Of a DNA stretch of 64,000 nt, positions 39,604-50,361 are shown one piece after another (within the stretch, counting starts at the first letter, position 1; every line of letters starts with the position of its first letter). Under the pieces are notes generated by a model. The model made no database searches. It saw only the letters and a program-made list of their open reading frames with translations, and was not told where the DNA came from. The translations under genes were made by a program, and so were the position numbers. The stretch spans positions 2,492-66,491 of the forward strand of contig JBCCZV010000004.1 of assembly GCA_039187085.1 (NCBI GenBank), written 5' to 3'. The stretch is from Pseudomonadota bacterium. Its GTDB lineage: Bacteria > Pseudomonadota > Gammaproteobacteria > Enterobacterales > JBCCZV01.

Positions 39604-40317
39604 TTACCAACCCATTATTTCACGTACAAATGGAATGGTAATTTTGCGCTTACGAACCAGACTTTCGTGATCGAGCTGCTCAAGTGTTGTCAAAATTTGT
39701 TCTAAGTCTCGACCTACACGCTTTAGAATAAAGCTGGCAACTTCATCGGTCAAGGGTATACCCTTTACGCATGAACGGTCTTTCATCACTTGCAATTTAC
39801 CCTCGTCGTCTAACTCATTCAGTTTATAGACCGCAGACCAAGACAAACGAGAAAGTAGATCAGGGAGTTGGACGCCTAAACCTTGAGGAGCTTGGTCAGC
39901 ACTCATCAATAGTTGCCCACCAGCATCCTTAAGACGGTTGTAAAAATGAAATAATGCTTGTTCCCATTCTTTATTACCGGCCACCTTGTGCAAATCATCA
40001 AGACATACTAAATCAAAAGTTTCCATACCATCTAACCAATCAGGAACAGCTATGCTTTCACTCAAGGGTAGATAAGAGCTCATGAGTTCTTTTTCGGCAG
40101 CCAATTGACAAACAGCCTGCAATAAATGTGATTTACCGCTACCCGAAACTCCCCAGAGATATAGTGACTGGTATAAATCACTACCGATGAAATGTGATAG
40201 CATATAATGTATTTCATCGTTATCACCAACAATAAAGTTGTCCAATGTAATATCTTCTACAAGCTTGAAGCTCAGCGGAAGTTGGGAAAAATCTCTCGCA
40301 CTGTTTCGACTAGCCAT
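39604..40317 (-). CDS. hda: DnaA regulatory inactivator Hda
   Basis: 237 aa. N-terminal QLPLSF clamp-binding-like motif and AAA+ Walker A GVSGSGKSHLL. Short DnaA-domain-III-like protein. Confidence 0.85.
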   Translation of the reverse strand: MASRNSARDFSQLPLSFKLVEDITLDNFIVGDNDEIHYMLSHFIGSDLYQSLYLWGVSGSGKSHLLQAVCQLAAEKELMSSYLPLSESIAVPDWLDGMETFDLVCLDDLHKVAGNKEWEQALFHFYNRLKDAGGQLLMSADQAPQGLGVQLPDLLSRLSWSAVYKLNELDDEGKLQVMKDRSCVKGIPLTDEVASFILKRVGRDLEQILTTLEQLDHESLVRKRKITIPFVREIMGW

Positions 40318-41374
40318 TTTTCATTGCTCCATACAAGCCACTGCGTAAATAGCGCCCAACGCCATGTCTTAGAAGTACCACTATTACAGCAGCAATCGGT
40401 AAGGCCAGTAATACCCCAGCAAATCCAAAGAGTTGGCCCCCCGCCATAATAGCAAAAATTACAGCGACTGGGTGTAAACCAATTTTATCACCAACCATCA
40501 TCGGTGTTAAAACGTAACTTTCTATCAATTGACCAACACCATAAACAATAAATATAGGTATTAATGAAGCAATTTCGCCTTGGTATTGAACTAATCCTGC
40601 TATTGTTGCTGCTAGAATGCCAATAATTGTTCCAAGGTAAGGTACAAAACTTACCGCTCCAGATAAGATTCCTACCATGAGGGCGACATCTAATCCAACG
40701 AGTGTTAAACCAACAGAGTATATAATAGTTAGCGAAAACATAACCAGAAGTTGTCCCTTAAGGAACTGTCCGATGACTTCGTCACATTCTTGGGTGATTT
40801 TAACAACTGTTGGACGAATAGTACGTGGCAAAAGTCGATCGATCTGCGCCACTAAAATATCCCAATCTCTCAGTAAATAAAAAGCGACGACAGGAATTAA
40901 TACCAGATTACTTAATAACAAAATCACGTGAGCGCTTGAGGAAAATAGGGCTTTCAAAAATTTGGCAGCGACCTCCGTGGCACCTTGCCAATTATCTTGT
41001 AATGCTTTGCTCATAAGCTCTAAATTAATATCAGACTCAACACCCAAACGTTCAAGAATATTAGGAACAGCATCGTTCTGTAACCAAGTAATTATCAGTG
41101 GGGCTTGAGAAATAGCAATTTGCATCTGATAAGTAAGGACAGGAATAATCACGATTAGCAATAACAGAGTCATCAAAGCCACTAAGAAGAAAACAATAGA
41201 GACTCCCAAAGAACGCGGTATTTTGCGAGCTTCTAAACGATCAACAATGGGGTCACCTAAGTATGCAAGTAATCCTCCGATCAGAAATGGCGTCAACACA
41301 GGCATAAGCAAGTAGAAAACCCAACCCACGAACAAACCGGCAAAAAGGATACGCCACTTATAAGATTCAGTCAT
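40310..41374 (-). CDS. AI-2E family transporter (PerM/YdiK-like)
   Basis: ORF runs to 41437. The start at M22 (MTESYKW..., 41374) removes the overlap with the upstream gene. About 8 TM helices, typical AI-2E pattern. Confidence 0.8.
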   Translation of the reverse strand: MTESYKWRILFAGLFVGWVFYLLMPVLTPFLIGGLLAYLGDPIVDRLEARKIPRSLGVSIVFFLVALMTLLLLIVIIPVLTYQMQIAISQAPLIITWLQNDAVPNILERLGVESDINLELMSKALQDNWQGATEVAAKFLKALFSSSAHVILLLSNLVLIPVVAFYLLRDWDILVAQIDRLLPRTIRPTVVKITQECDEVIGQFLKGQLLVMFSLTIIYSVGLTLVGLDVALMVGILSGAVSFVPYLGTIIGILAATIAGLVQYQGEIASLIPIFIVYGVGQLIESYVLTPMMVGDKIGLHPVAVIFAIMAGGQLFGFAGVLLALPIAAVIVVLLRHGVGRYLRSGLYGAMKNG

Positions 41375-41939
41375 TGGCACTTCTCCGCCTTTCCTGCAAG
41401 AATTTACGGCTCCAAGCCACAACGTAATGGACACCACTCGATACTGTCAACGCAAAGACTAACCATATTATGGCCTTGATAACAACTTCTGCGATGACAT
41501 TATAAGCCAGCTCAATGAGAACCAATAACACCAAGAAAATTTGAAAAAATGTATTGGTTTTACTCAGCAATGATGGAGTCATTATAAAAGGTCCAATAAT
41601 GGAGTGATAGACAGTCGCTCCCGCAACAATCACAATATCACGAGCAAGCACTGCAAATAACAACCAAAAGGGAAGATAGCTTAAAAATGCCAAGGTGGTA
41701 TAAGCGCTAACCATCAGAAGTTTATCCGCTAATGGGTCAGTGATAGCACCGAAACGTGAGTGCCAACCGTAATGCTTAGCAAGAAAACCATCAACGCCAT
41801 CAGAAAGTCCTGCAACAAAAAATAGCAACAAGGCCCATTGAAAATCTTGAGCAAATAACAACCAGACAAAGGGAGGAACGAGTAAAACTCGCCCAACCGT
41901 TAAAATATTTGGCAATTGTTTCAGACTCACGGTACCCAC
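41367..41939 (-). CDS. CDP-alcohol phosphatidyltransferase family protein (PgsA-like)
   Basis: 190 aa. DGVDGFLAK...G...TDPLADK matches the CDP-alcohol transferase motif. Confidence 0.8.
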   Translation of the reverse strand: MGTVSLKQLPNILTVGRVLLVPPFVWLLFAQDFQWALLLFFVAGLSDGVDGFLAKHYGWHSRFGAITDPLADKLLMVSAYTTLAFLSYLPFWLLFAVLARDIVIVAGATVYHSIIGPFIMTPSLLSKTNTFFQIFLVLLVLIELAYNVIAEVVIKAIIWLVFALTVSSGVHYVVAWSRKFLQERRRSAND

Positions 41940-43003
41940 TCGTAAACGAGTTGTCTTTGTCCATCAACAGCAACGCCGAGTTCATCGCGCAACAGCAATC
42001 GTCTTGAAAGCTTTATCGCATTTTTTAAATCGGTTTCTGAACCATTCACACTAACCGACAAGCGTAAGTTTTGATTGCCAAGTTCTGAGACATTAATATG
42101 TTTCACAGCGGTTAAATTCTCAAGCGTATTCATAATTAGGCCGTAATCTTTCACATTTCGAATAGGACTAATGACTAAACTCAGTGTTTCGGCATTCACC
42201 TCGTTCAGGGCCAAACTATAACAACCGCCTAAAAAATCTGCTACTGCATCGATACCGGCATTGATATGGTCGCTAACATTTTGACTGCTAAAGTCCCAAC
42301 GGCGCTTGCCACAATCATCAACAATCGTCCAGCGGCTTCGAATAGTATCGCGCTGCTCTAGGCTAACCATTAAGAAGCTGTTGGCACCATAGGGTTCAGA
42401 TATTTCACGTACAGGTTCTTCAAAGTGACCCCAAATATCAGAGAGTAAGTAGTTGTTAGTTACATTTAAATCATTTCTAGGAAGTAAAAAAGGTAAACCT
42501 CTACGCCCACTTTCAGCTTTGAACAACTCAGTAATCGGAGAAGCTGCCGATTCATCAATTAATTGCCGGCCATTTTGTATATCGCTATACATCACCCAGC
42601 CTAATATTAATGGGCGATTTTCACTCCATAATTTAGCACTAGCATTTTGCAGTAATTGATTAATCTGTCGTTTATCAAATTTTACATTGAGTAATAAAGG
42701 AAACTCTTGCGGGTCAGCCAAGAGCATATTTTCATTTGGCGAATAGTGAAAACTTAAAATGTAGCGATTTGAGCGCCCTAATGCATCACGAATACTAGAA
42801 ATTGACAGCACGTCTTGGCTACCAGATACGCGAATAAGGATTTCACTCATGGCTTCCGACATGGCTTGATCACGAATGTTTTGCGTTTGATTTTCAACTG
42901 GCCACGCAGTGTTGTATAAATTTTCTACTGTTGCAGCTATAGATGTTTGATAGATTAGAGAAAGACCCATAAATCCGAGAAATTTTAGTCGATGTATAAG
43001 CAT
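41927..43003 (-). CDS. DUF2066-like secreted protein
   Basis: ORF runs to 43177. The likely start is M59 (MLIHRLKFLGFMGLSLIYQTSIAA, signal peptide). Divergent from purMN, the position occupied by DUF2066 genes in Pseudomonas-type genomes. The family call is from memory of synteny and sequence style. Confidence 0.6.
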   Translation of the reverse strand: MLIHRLKFLGFMGLSLIYQTSIAATVENLYNTAWPVENQTQNIRDQAMSEAMSEILIRVSGSQDVLSISSIRDALGRSNRYILSFHYSPNENMLLADPQEFPLLLNVKFDKRQINQLLQNASAKLWSENRPLILGWVMYSDIQNGRQLIDESAASPITELFKAESGRRGLPFLLPRNDLNVTNNYLLSDIWGHFEEPVREISEPYGANSFLMVSLEQRDTIRSRWTIVDDCGKRRWDFSSQNVSDHINAGIDAVADFLGGCYSLALNEVNAETLSLVISPIRNVKDYGLIMNTLENLTAVKHINVSELGNQNLRLSVSVNGSETDLKNAIKLSRRLLLRDELGVAVDGQRQLVYEWVP

Positions 43004-43340
43004 AGACTTTTTGAAGGATGAGATACTACTTGATAGTACGACTAAAACATGTAAGCTAAATAGCTTACTTTTGTTGAGCAACATCACAAAAAATAGTGAA
43101 CATTTTATAATCCAAGCAAGACCTACTCGGTCAGTATTCGTTGAAACTTGTTGGTTCATATAACAAAATTCTTTCATGACGGGTTAAGTATCAATATTTC
43201 AATGGCTAACCTACCACTTTCCATAGAAAATTGACAACGAAAATATGTCAGAAGGTTCGCCAAAAGGTTTCATCACTCTTCACAGATTGATAAAATAGCG
43301 CCCTCGCATTTTGCTGTTCACCTAACTTTGGAACAAAACC

Positions 43341-44396
43341 GTGTCAGAATCCAACCAAGACTCGAGAAAACCTCTCACTTACCGTGATGCAGGTGTCAAC
43401 ATTGACGCCGGAAATACTCTAGTTGAGCGTATTAAATCCGTCACCAAAAAAACACGCCGTCCTGAAGTACTTGCTGATGTAGGTGGTTTTGGTGCCTGTT
43501 TTGAATTACCAACAGGGTACCAACAACCCGTTTTAGTTTCTGGAACCGATGGCGTTGGTACCAAGCTCAAACTGGCAATCGAACACAATAAGCACGATAG
43601 TGTAGGCATCGATCTCGTGGCTATGTGTGTGAACGATCTCATCGTGCAAGGCGCAGAGCCTTTGTATTTTTTAGACTATTATGCTACTGGTCAACTAGAC
43701 ATTGATATAGCGGCTGAGGTGGTATCAGGTATTGGTGAAGGCTGCTTACAAGCAGGCTGTTCACTAACTGGCGGTGAAACTGCAGAAATGCCCGGTATGT
43801 ATGAAGGTTCAGACTATGATCTCGCTGGTTTTTGTGTAGGTATCGTTGAAAAATCAGACATTATTGATGGCTCTCTCGTGACCTCTGAAGATGTTTTGAT
43901 TGCCTTAGCCTCATCAGGTCCCCATTCAAATGGCTATTCATTGATACGCAAAATCATTGAAATACAAAATATTGACGTTACGCAAGCCTTCGGTGATTCA
44001 CGTTTAATTGATCATTTGATGCAACCTACCAAAATTTATGTTCGCTCGATACTGAAATTACTTAAGCAAGTTCCCGTCCATGCCATTAGTCATATCACTG
44101 GAGGCGGACTACTTGAAAATATTCCTCGCGTTTTGCCTAATGGCTCAAAAGCAATTATCCAAAGCAGGTCTTGGGAAATGCCTCAAATTTTTCATTGGTT
44201 GCAAGAACAAGGCAACATTGAGCGTGATGAAATGTATCGAACTTTCAATTGTGGAGTGGGATTGGTCATAGCAGTAAATAAAAACCAAGCTGAAAAAACG
44301 TTACAGCTACTCACAGAGGCCGGAGAAAAAGCTTGGATCATTGGTAATGTTTCGGAAAGCACTGACATCGACACTTCTTGCGTTGAGATTGTTTAA
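43341..44396 (+). CDS. purM: phosphoribosylformylglycinamidine cyclo-ligase (AIR synthetase)
   Basis: 351 aa, [24 protein letters not shown] start. Confidence 0.95.
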   Translation: MSESNQDSRKPLTYRDAGVNIDAGNTLVERIKSVTKKTRRPEVLADVGGFGACFELPTGYQQPVLVSGTDGVGTKLKLAIEHNKHDSVGIDLVAMCVNDLIVQGAEPLYFLDYYATGQLDIDIAAEVVSGIGEGCLQAGCSLTGGETAEMPGMYEGSDYDLAGFCVGIVEKSDIIDGSLVTSEDVLIALASSGPHSNGYSLIRKIIEIQNIDVTQAFGDSRLIDHLMQPTKIYVRSILKLLKQVPVHAISHITGGGLLENIPRVLPNGSKAIIQSRSWEMPQIFHWLQEQGNIERDEMYRTFNCGVGLVIAVNKNQAEKTLQLLTEAGEKAWIIGNVSESTDIDTSCVEIV

Positions 44397-44439
44397 TCTC
44401 CAAAGTTTTGTAAAGATAATAAGTTATCTAAAAGAAAAT

Positions 44440-45156
44440 ATGCTATCTAAAAACCCACCCTTGTCTCTGGCTGTACTTATATCAGGAAATGGCAGTAATT
44501 TGCAGGCTATTATTGATGCCATTGCTGCCAAAAAGCTCAATGCCCAAATCACATGCGTCATTGCCAATCGGCCCAATGCTTATGGTTTAACAAGAGCAAA
44601 AGAGCACAATATTGCCACACACACCCTGGATCATAAGTTGTTCACTTCTAGAGAGTCATTCGATGAAGCTTTATCAACACTTATTGATAAAGCTGATCCT
44701 GACTTGATAGTACTAGCGGGATTCATGCGGATTTTAACCAAAGATTTTGTCCTAAAATATCAAGGAAATATGATCAATATCCATCCATCACTACTTCCCA
44801 AATATCAGGGCCTTAATACTTTCTCACGAGCAATACAAAACAATGACACCTTCCATGGAACATCCATTCATTTTGTTACTCCTGAGCTAGATGGTGGCCC
44901 AGTTATTGCTCAGTCAAAAACACAGATTCACTATCCCGAAGACAATGAAGCATCTTTGCGTTGTCGTGTCCAAAGCCTGGAACATGAATTACTTCCTCAC
45001 GTCTTGATACTATTCAGCGAAAATAAAGTTTCTTTGAGGCACAATGCACCTGAAACATCTATTGTGTTAAATGGTGATAGTTACTATCAATGCCCCTTGC
45101 AATGGAATCCGAACACTAAAACTTTGGAATCTAAGCCTAATGACAATACTGACTAA
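44440..45156 (+). CDS. purN: phosphoribosylglycinamide formyltransferase
   Basis: ORF starts at 44341. The likely start is ATG 44440 (MLSKNPPLSLAVLISGNGSNLQAII). NIHPSLLP motif. Carries about 25 extra C-terminal residues relative to E. coli PurN. Confidence 0.9.
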   Translation: MLSKNPPLSLAVLISGNGSNLQAIIDAIAAKKLNAQITCVIANRPNAYGLTRAKEHNIATHTLDHKLFTSRESFDEALSTLIDKADPDLIVLAGFMRILTKDFVLKYQGNMINIHPSLLPKYQGLNTFSRAIQNNDTFHGTSIHFVTPELDGGPVIAQSKTQIHYPEDNEASLRCRVQSLEHELLPHVLILFSENKVSLRHNAPETSIVLNGDSYYQCPLQWNPNTKTLESKPNDNTD

Positions 45157-45979
45157 AGCGTTTGCCGTATTTTTAGTAGTGTTTTGTGCTTGGGTTGTAT
45201 TGCTAATGAAAGAAGCTTTTGCAATTCAGCCCTTACCCAGCGTTGAATATCCCTCTAAAAAAAATACACGAGTTAGCATCGAAACAACGCATGAAAGCAT
45301 GAACTTTCCCGCCCAATTGTTGCTTCCTTATAAAGCTGAATATGACGGCTTTTATAACGGGAAAAAGGTAGGAACAGCATATCGCGAGCTTAAAAAGCTA
45401 GCGGAAAATCGCTATGAACTGATTTTTTCAAGCCATGCCAAGTTGCTATTATTTGAAGATAAGCGTTCAGAAAGTATTATTTTTCAAATAAATTCATCGC
45501 AATTAATGCCTCTTAAACAAACTATAGAAGAAAAGCGGCCTTTCAAAAATAAACGAACGGGGGAGTTCAGCATTGATTGGAAAAGCGGTTTAGAAAAAGG
45601 GAGTTTTGACGGCCGCCAATGGGAGGTACCTCACAAGAAGCCTGTTCTTGAGCAAGTTTCTCAAATTTTACAAGTACGCGCCGATATTTTTCATGAAAAA
45701 CCTATTGATACATACCTCATTACAAAGAAAGGGGAAGTAAAGTCTTATGATATCAAAATAGTAGGCTCGGAATTCATTAAAATTGGCGCACTAGAATATG
45801 AAACAATCAAAGTTGAACGGATGCGCTCTAATAGCCCCCGAGTAACGGAAATTTGGCTTGATAAAAATAGAGACTTTTTTCCTATAAGAATTCGTCAATT
45901 AAAAGATGACAAAGTCCAAGCTGATTTACAACTGCGTTCATTAGACTTTTTAAAAGTCACTAGCGCGAGTACACCATGA
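45140..45979 (+). CDS. DUF3108-like secreted protein
   Basis: ORF starts at 45071. The likely start is ATG 45140 (MTILTKAFAVFLVVFCAWVVLL, signal/anchor), overlapping the purN end. Position after purN matches DUF3108 genes in related genomes (from memory). Confidence 0.55.
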   Translation: MTILTKAFAVFLVVFCAWVVLLMKEAFAIQPLPSVEYPSKKNTRVSIETTHESMNFPAQLLLPYKAEYDGFYNGKKVGTAYRELKKLAENRYELIFSSHAKLLLFEDKRSESIIFQINSSQLMPLKQTIEEKRPFKNKRTGEFSIDWKSGLEKGSFDGRQWEVPHKKPVLEQVSQILQVRADIFHEKPIDTYLITKKGEVKSYDIKIVGSEFIKIGALEYETIKVERMRSNSPRVTEIWLDKNRDFFPIRIRQLKDDKVQADLQLRSLDFLKVTSASTP

Positions 45980-46014
45980 ACCCTTGTAAAAACAAAAGAA
46001 TAAAACGATAAGCT

Positions 46015-47004
46015 ATGGAAGTCATAACGCTAGGTACTTCCGCTGGTACGCCAACATTAACACGAAACGTTAGCGCAACCGCTATTCGGAAGCGCAATAA
46101 ACGTGCTTGGTACTTGGTGGATTGCGGCGAAGGAACTCAACACCAATTACTCCGTACTCATCTATCACTTCATCAACTTGAAGCCATTTTTATTACACAT
46201 GTTCATGGTGATCATTGTTATGGACTACCTGGTATTCTCGCTAGTACTTCAATGAGTGGCCGACGACACCCTCTCGTTGTAGTTGCACCCCAAACGATTC
46301 GTGATTGGCTAGAAATCACCTGTAAAATTACAGATATGAATCTTAACTACGAGATTGTTTGGAAAGATTCTCTTAATATGGCAACAACAGTGCAATTCGA
46401 ATCGTTTTTAGTAAGTACTGTTACTCTTTCTCATCGTGTTCCTTCTCGTGGTTTTGTTTTTGAAGAACGCCTCGTCCCTAAATTAGACACCCAGAAATTG
46501 ACATCAAAGAAAGTCCCTCCAGGGCCTATCTGGGGCGAGCTACAAAAAGGAAATGAAGTAGAGTTCGAAGGCACTCTACTAAAAAGTAAAGATTACCTAT
46601 TACCGCCTCCTACACCACGTACTGTGATTATTGGCGGTGATAATGACCAACCGGAATGTTATTCACATTATATGACAAATTGCCAGCTTATGATTCACGA
46701 AGCCACTTATACCGCTAAAGTTGCAGAAACAGTTGGTGATTGGCCACAACATACCTATGCAAGACAACTCGCTGAATTTGCTGAAAAATATTCATTGCCA
46801 AATTTGGTGATGACACACTTCAGCCCTCGTTATACCGATAGTTTGCATCGAAGCGTAAAACCAGCTATCGATGAACTTCGTGAAGAAGCAATGAGCTTCT
46901 ACAGCGGGAATTTGATGTTGGCTAATGACTTTGACATATTTTTACTCGATAACTCAAAATCTGTACAGCAAATTAAGCAAGGAGCGCTCAAGGAAACCTT
47001 GTGA
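46015..47004 (+). CDS. rnz: ribonuclease Z / MBL-fold hydrolase
   Basis: 329 aa with HVHGDHCYGLPG (HxHxDH). N-terminal TLGTSAGTPT and C-terminal THFSPRY are typical of RNase Z/BN. Confidence 0.75.
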   Translation: MEVITLGTSAGTPTLTRNVSATAIRKRNKRAWYLVDCGEGTQHQLLRTHLSLHQLEAIFITHVHGDHCYGLPGILASTSMSGRRHPLVVVAPQTIRDWLEITCKITDMNLNYEIVWKDSLNMATTVQFESFLVSTVTLSHRVPSRGFVFEERLVPKLDTQKLTSKKVPPGPIWGELQKGNEVEFEGTLLKSKDYLLPPPTPRTVIIGGDNDQPECYSHYMTNCQLMIHEATYTAKVAETVGDWPQHTYARQLAEFAEKYSLPNLVMTHFSPRYTDSLHRSVKPAIDELREEAMSFYSGNLMLANDFDIFLLDNSKSVQQIKQGALKETL

Positions 47005-47387
47005 AGGCTTTAAAAGCATGCAGATTTCCTGTGAAATGTCTCACAAAACCAATCTTATTACATAAACCAAGCGCTCAAAACAGGCGTTTAGTAAGCTTTT
47101 ATTTTGTTTAAGAAATTTTTGTTATTTTTCCAAATAACCTAACAATTATGGATAACATCTTCAAAATTAAAATCAAACGACACATACTCCATTCGCTAAA
47201 CTATTTCAAATATCTATTAAAATCAAAATCTTACTTATTTAGTAGGTAATTACTCACATGATGGATTCTGCTCTCTTCTCTATTTGACACTGGATCCCAT
47301 ACAAATTACACTGCGGTTAAATACAAAAGCTCGTTTATTTTTTAATCAGTTTGTTTTTGTATGGAAACTTATAACAGACTGGGATAG

Positions 47388-47912
47388 GTGATAATGAAAT
47401 CAATGCTTAACCGCAAATTACTGGTTGTTTTGATGCTGAGTGCCTCAGGAGCATCTGCCCAAAGCTACATGGATAGCTCGGTGTTTGAAGTCGATGTCAA
47501 TAACATTACATCCTACGAATATTTTAATTTTCGAGTTGGGAATTTAATTAGTGAATCCATCGCCGTAGAAGCTCGGGGCAATATTGGACAGAGTGAGGGT
47601 GGCTTTTATGTGAATGAATCTGACCAAACCAGCTACGAATTTGGATTTGTTACAAAACTATTTACTAAACCCATACAAAACCGGGCTTTCGGTCATTACT
47701 TTGCTATCGGTTATAGTAAAAGTAATGTTCAAGAAAATATACGTGCTTGGTGGTATCAAGATCAAATGACGGATCATGATTCAACTCTATCCTACGCTAC
47801 TGGTTGGGATTACCAGATTAATTCCAGATTTAAATTCAATACTGAATACATTCATTCCAGTCAGGAAGACATTGATGGTATTAATATTTCAATGTCTTTT
47901 AACTTTGATTAA
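47388..47912 (+). CDS. small outer membrane beta-barrel protein
   Basis: 174 aa. Signal peptide ending ASAQS, alternating aromatic/polar beta-strand pattern, C-terminal ...ISMSFNFD. Confidence 0.55.
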   Translation: MIMKSMLNRKLLVVLMLSASGASAQSYMDSSVFEVDVNNITSYEYFNFRVGNLISESIAVEARGNIGQSEGGFYVNESDQTSYEFGFVTKLFTKPIQNRAFGHYFAIGYSKSNVQENIRAWWYQDQMTDHDSTLSYATGWDYQINSRFKFNTEYIHSSQEDIDGINISMSFNFD

Positions 47913-47920
47913 TCCATTGA

Positions 47921-48853
47921 TTATTTAAAGGTTTCTTCTTGAATTCCGTTTACACTCGTTCCATCTTTGTAAAAATAACCACTAAACAGAGTGTTCGAGT
48001 TTTCATCTGATTGCTTTACTTGAAGCCAAACAGCATTTTCTGGCGTAACATTCGCAATATTATTATCGATAGCAATTACCGTCGTACCATTCGGCAATTT
48101 TTCATCCGTTAAATCAATTTCACCCGTTGTAGTCAACTGCTGTTTTAAAATGGATTGATCTTTATTGGACCAATATTCACGGTCATTTAATTCACCAATA
48201 AAATTCCATCCTTCTGCGTTTTCAAACAAAGCGAGCTGTTCAATTTTAGGCTGTATCGCCGCAGCAATTTGTATGGATGAGAACTTTGAAGACTGTACAG
48301 CTGTAGGAACACCAAATAAAAAACCATCATCTGAACGTGTGCTTCTATGACAATCACCGCATTCGGTAATCTTACCTTGTAAGAATTTTCCATTTTCATC
48401 TTTTTGGAATGTTCCATCAGAATTTAAAACGCCGTAAAAAAAATCACCACCATCCGGATAATAGCCTTGAGGTGCTTTCACCATGACAGTATAGGCATTA
48501 AAATAGTGATTTTGGTCCCAAACTTTTCGCACAATAACCGAGTTGATGGGTAACTCCACACCTGACCCAGTGCTGTTGGGGTCAACACGTCGAAAAACAT
48601 CGGCAGCAAAATTTGAAACATACACATCAATACTATTGTCGCTATTTAGTTCCGAGGTATAAGCATCGGCATTGATTTTCGTATAATCTTCGGACTCATA
48701 TTTTTGTAATGACAAACAATCATCGATCATATCAAGTATTAGTTTTTCTTGAGTAGCATCGGTACTACTCGTACTTGTACTTGTGCTAGACGTGCACCCA
48801 ATAACAATCAACGACGACAACATAGTAACTATGTTTAATGTTTTGTTCTGCAT
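47921..48853 (-). CDS. lipoprotein with cytochrome P460-like haem domain plus C-terminal extension
   Basis: 310 aa. Lipobox LIVIGC (Cys20) and a Ser/Thr linker. LPINSVIVRKVW...YTVMVKAPQGYYPDGGDFFYGV...ITECGDCHRSTRSDDGFLFG matches my memory of the P460 family layout, with a single CXXCH (TGC GGT GAT TGT CAT at 48347-48361). About 120 aa of unassigned C-terminal domain. Confidence 0.6.
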   Translation of the reverse strand: MQNKTLNIVTMLSSLIVIGCTSSTSTSTSSTDATQEKLILDMIDDCLSLQKYESEDYTKINADAYTSELNSDNSIDVYVSNFAADVFRRVDPNSTGSGVELPINSVIVRKVWDQNHYFNAYTVMVKAPQGYYPDGGDFFYGVLNSDGTFQKDENGKFLQGKITECGDCHRSTRSDDGFLFGVPTAVQSSKFSSIQIAAAIQPKIEQLALFENAEGWNFIGELNDREYWSNKDQSILKQQLTTTGEIDLTDEKLPNGTTVIAIDNNIANVTPENAVWLQVKQSDENSNTLFSGYFYKDGTSVNGIQEETFK

Positions 48854-49128
48854 AATCGGGTTTTCCCTTAAACTCGAATAAATATATTAGTATTTTATCA
48901 ATATTGCTGGCTTGCAAAACTATTTTATGCAACACCAAGAAAAGTTAACATAGAGGCTTTAAGTAATTGTGAATCTTCACACAAGCTAATTCTCTAAAAC
49001 TCCGACCAATTTAACAAAAAAGTAAGGTTATTTTTAACAACATTTTTTAAGCAAAAATAAAAGTGAGAACTACACCTATAAAACTATTTGAACAAGTCAT
49101 CATAAGCTGAGGCATTAGTTGGCTTATT

Positions 49129-50361
49129 TTAAAGACAATGCTGAGGAGAGATAACATCCAAATTACTAAAAAAACTTTTAAGAAAATCTAGCCTTGAACA
49201 ATCTAAATTTGGATTACCACTGATATCCAGTTGTTTAAGAGAAATAATATCCACTAACCCTGAAACGTCAATGATATCATTGTTAGCGAGAGTTAATTGA
49301 TTTAAAGTAATTAGCCCAGTAATTGAGCCTAATGATGATAAACCTATATTGATCAAGCTCAAGCTTTGTATATTAGATAGTGACGTTAAAAATCCCAAAT
49401 TATTAAGAGTAGCATTCTTAATGGAGAGCTGAGTTAAACGAAAAATAGAAGCTGGCAACAAAAGCTCTGTATTATTCGATATGCCCTCAATATCTAAGCG
49501 ACGTAACCCCGGCAAACTACCAATAAAGTTTAAATCATGATTAGCTCTAACACCGATGAGTAGTAAATCCACTAATTGAATAAGGCCTTCAAGATTTGAT
49601 AATAACCCAATATCCGTATCTGAAAGCTGCAGAAATGTAAGATTGGAAATAGTGGCAATATCTTTTGATTCAATGCCAACAACCTTGTCCAATATAAGAG
49701 TTTGTAAAGTATCCAAATTATTTAACCCTACAGAGTTTTCAACTTCTGTATCCACTAAAGTCAGTTCCAGTAAGTTGTCTAATTCTGCGAGTTCAAAAGC
49801 ATTGACTAGTTCGATAGCATTCAACTCAAGTATCTGTAACTGATTGATCTGATTAAAGTCAGTCACATTAAATTTGGGCACTCTGAGTTTCAAAGAAAGT
49901 ATATTGTCCAGTTGTTTTATCGTATCCAACTGCGTAACATCATAGTTATCACTCAAAAACTCAAATTCCAGTTCTCGCAAATTGGTTAAACTTAAAAAGG
50001 CACTAAAGTCAAGTTGATTTAAGTCTGCACGGCTTGATGACACAATGAGATTAAAAGCTTGCAAGTTATTAAGAGCCTCAATACCAGAAAAAGATTCGAA
50101 TTCATTAGTTTCTATGCTTAGGGACTCTAAACTTGAATAGTTTTGAAAGCGCTCTAGATTAATGATGTCATTAGTACACGATAAGTCAGTGACAGTAACT
50201 GGGTCGAAGTTATTAACACCGTTAATGTCGACGCAGCCTTCTACAGCACTATTGGTGGATGTATCGGGAGTCGTTGTTGTATCACTGCTACCACCGCAAC
50301 CAAGTAAGAATGAGCATAGCAGAGCGCATTTTATTGTGTTCATCATTGTCATTACTCCCAT
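49129..50361 (-). CDS. leucine-rich repeat (LRR) lipoprotein
   Basis: 410 aa. Lipobox FLLGC (Cys22), then about 14 repeats of about 22 residues (LxxLxxLxLxxxxIxxxxxL, e.g. LITLNQLTLANNDIIDVSGLVDIISLKQLDISGN). Confidence 0.7.
   Translation of the reverse strand: MGVMTMMNTIKCALLCSFLLGCGGSSDTTTTPDTSTNSAVEGCVDINGVNNFDPVTVTDLSCTNDIINLERFQNYSSLESLSIETNEFESFSGIEALNNLQAFNLIVSSSRADLNQLDFSAFLSLTNLRELEFEFLSDNYDVTQLDTIKQLDNILSLKLRVPKFNVTDFNQINQLQILELNAIELVNAFELAELDNLLELTLVDTEVENSVGLNNLDTLQTLILDKVVGIESKDIATISNLTFLQLSDTDIGLLSNLEGLIQLVDLLLIGVRANHDLNFIGSLPGLRRLDIEGISNNTELLLPASIFRLTQLSIKNATLNNLGFLTSLSNIQSLSLINIGLSSLGSITGLITLNQLTLANNDIIDVSGLVDIISLKQLDISGNPNLDCSRLDFLKSFFSNLDVISPQHCL

Noticed and set aside
43178-43340. 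Possible PurR box upstream of purM (gacaACGAAAATatgtc around 43233-43249)
   Set aside because: Only one half-site resembles ACGCAAACGTTTTCGT. The palindrome is limited to the outer GACA/TGTC. The match is too weak to call without a genome-wide matrix scan.
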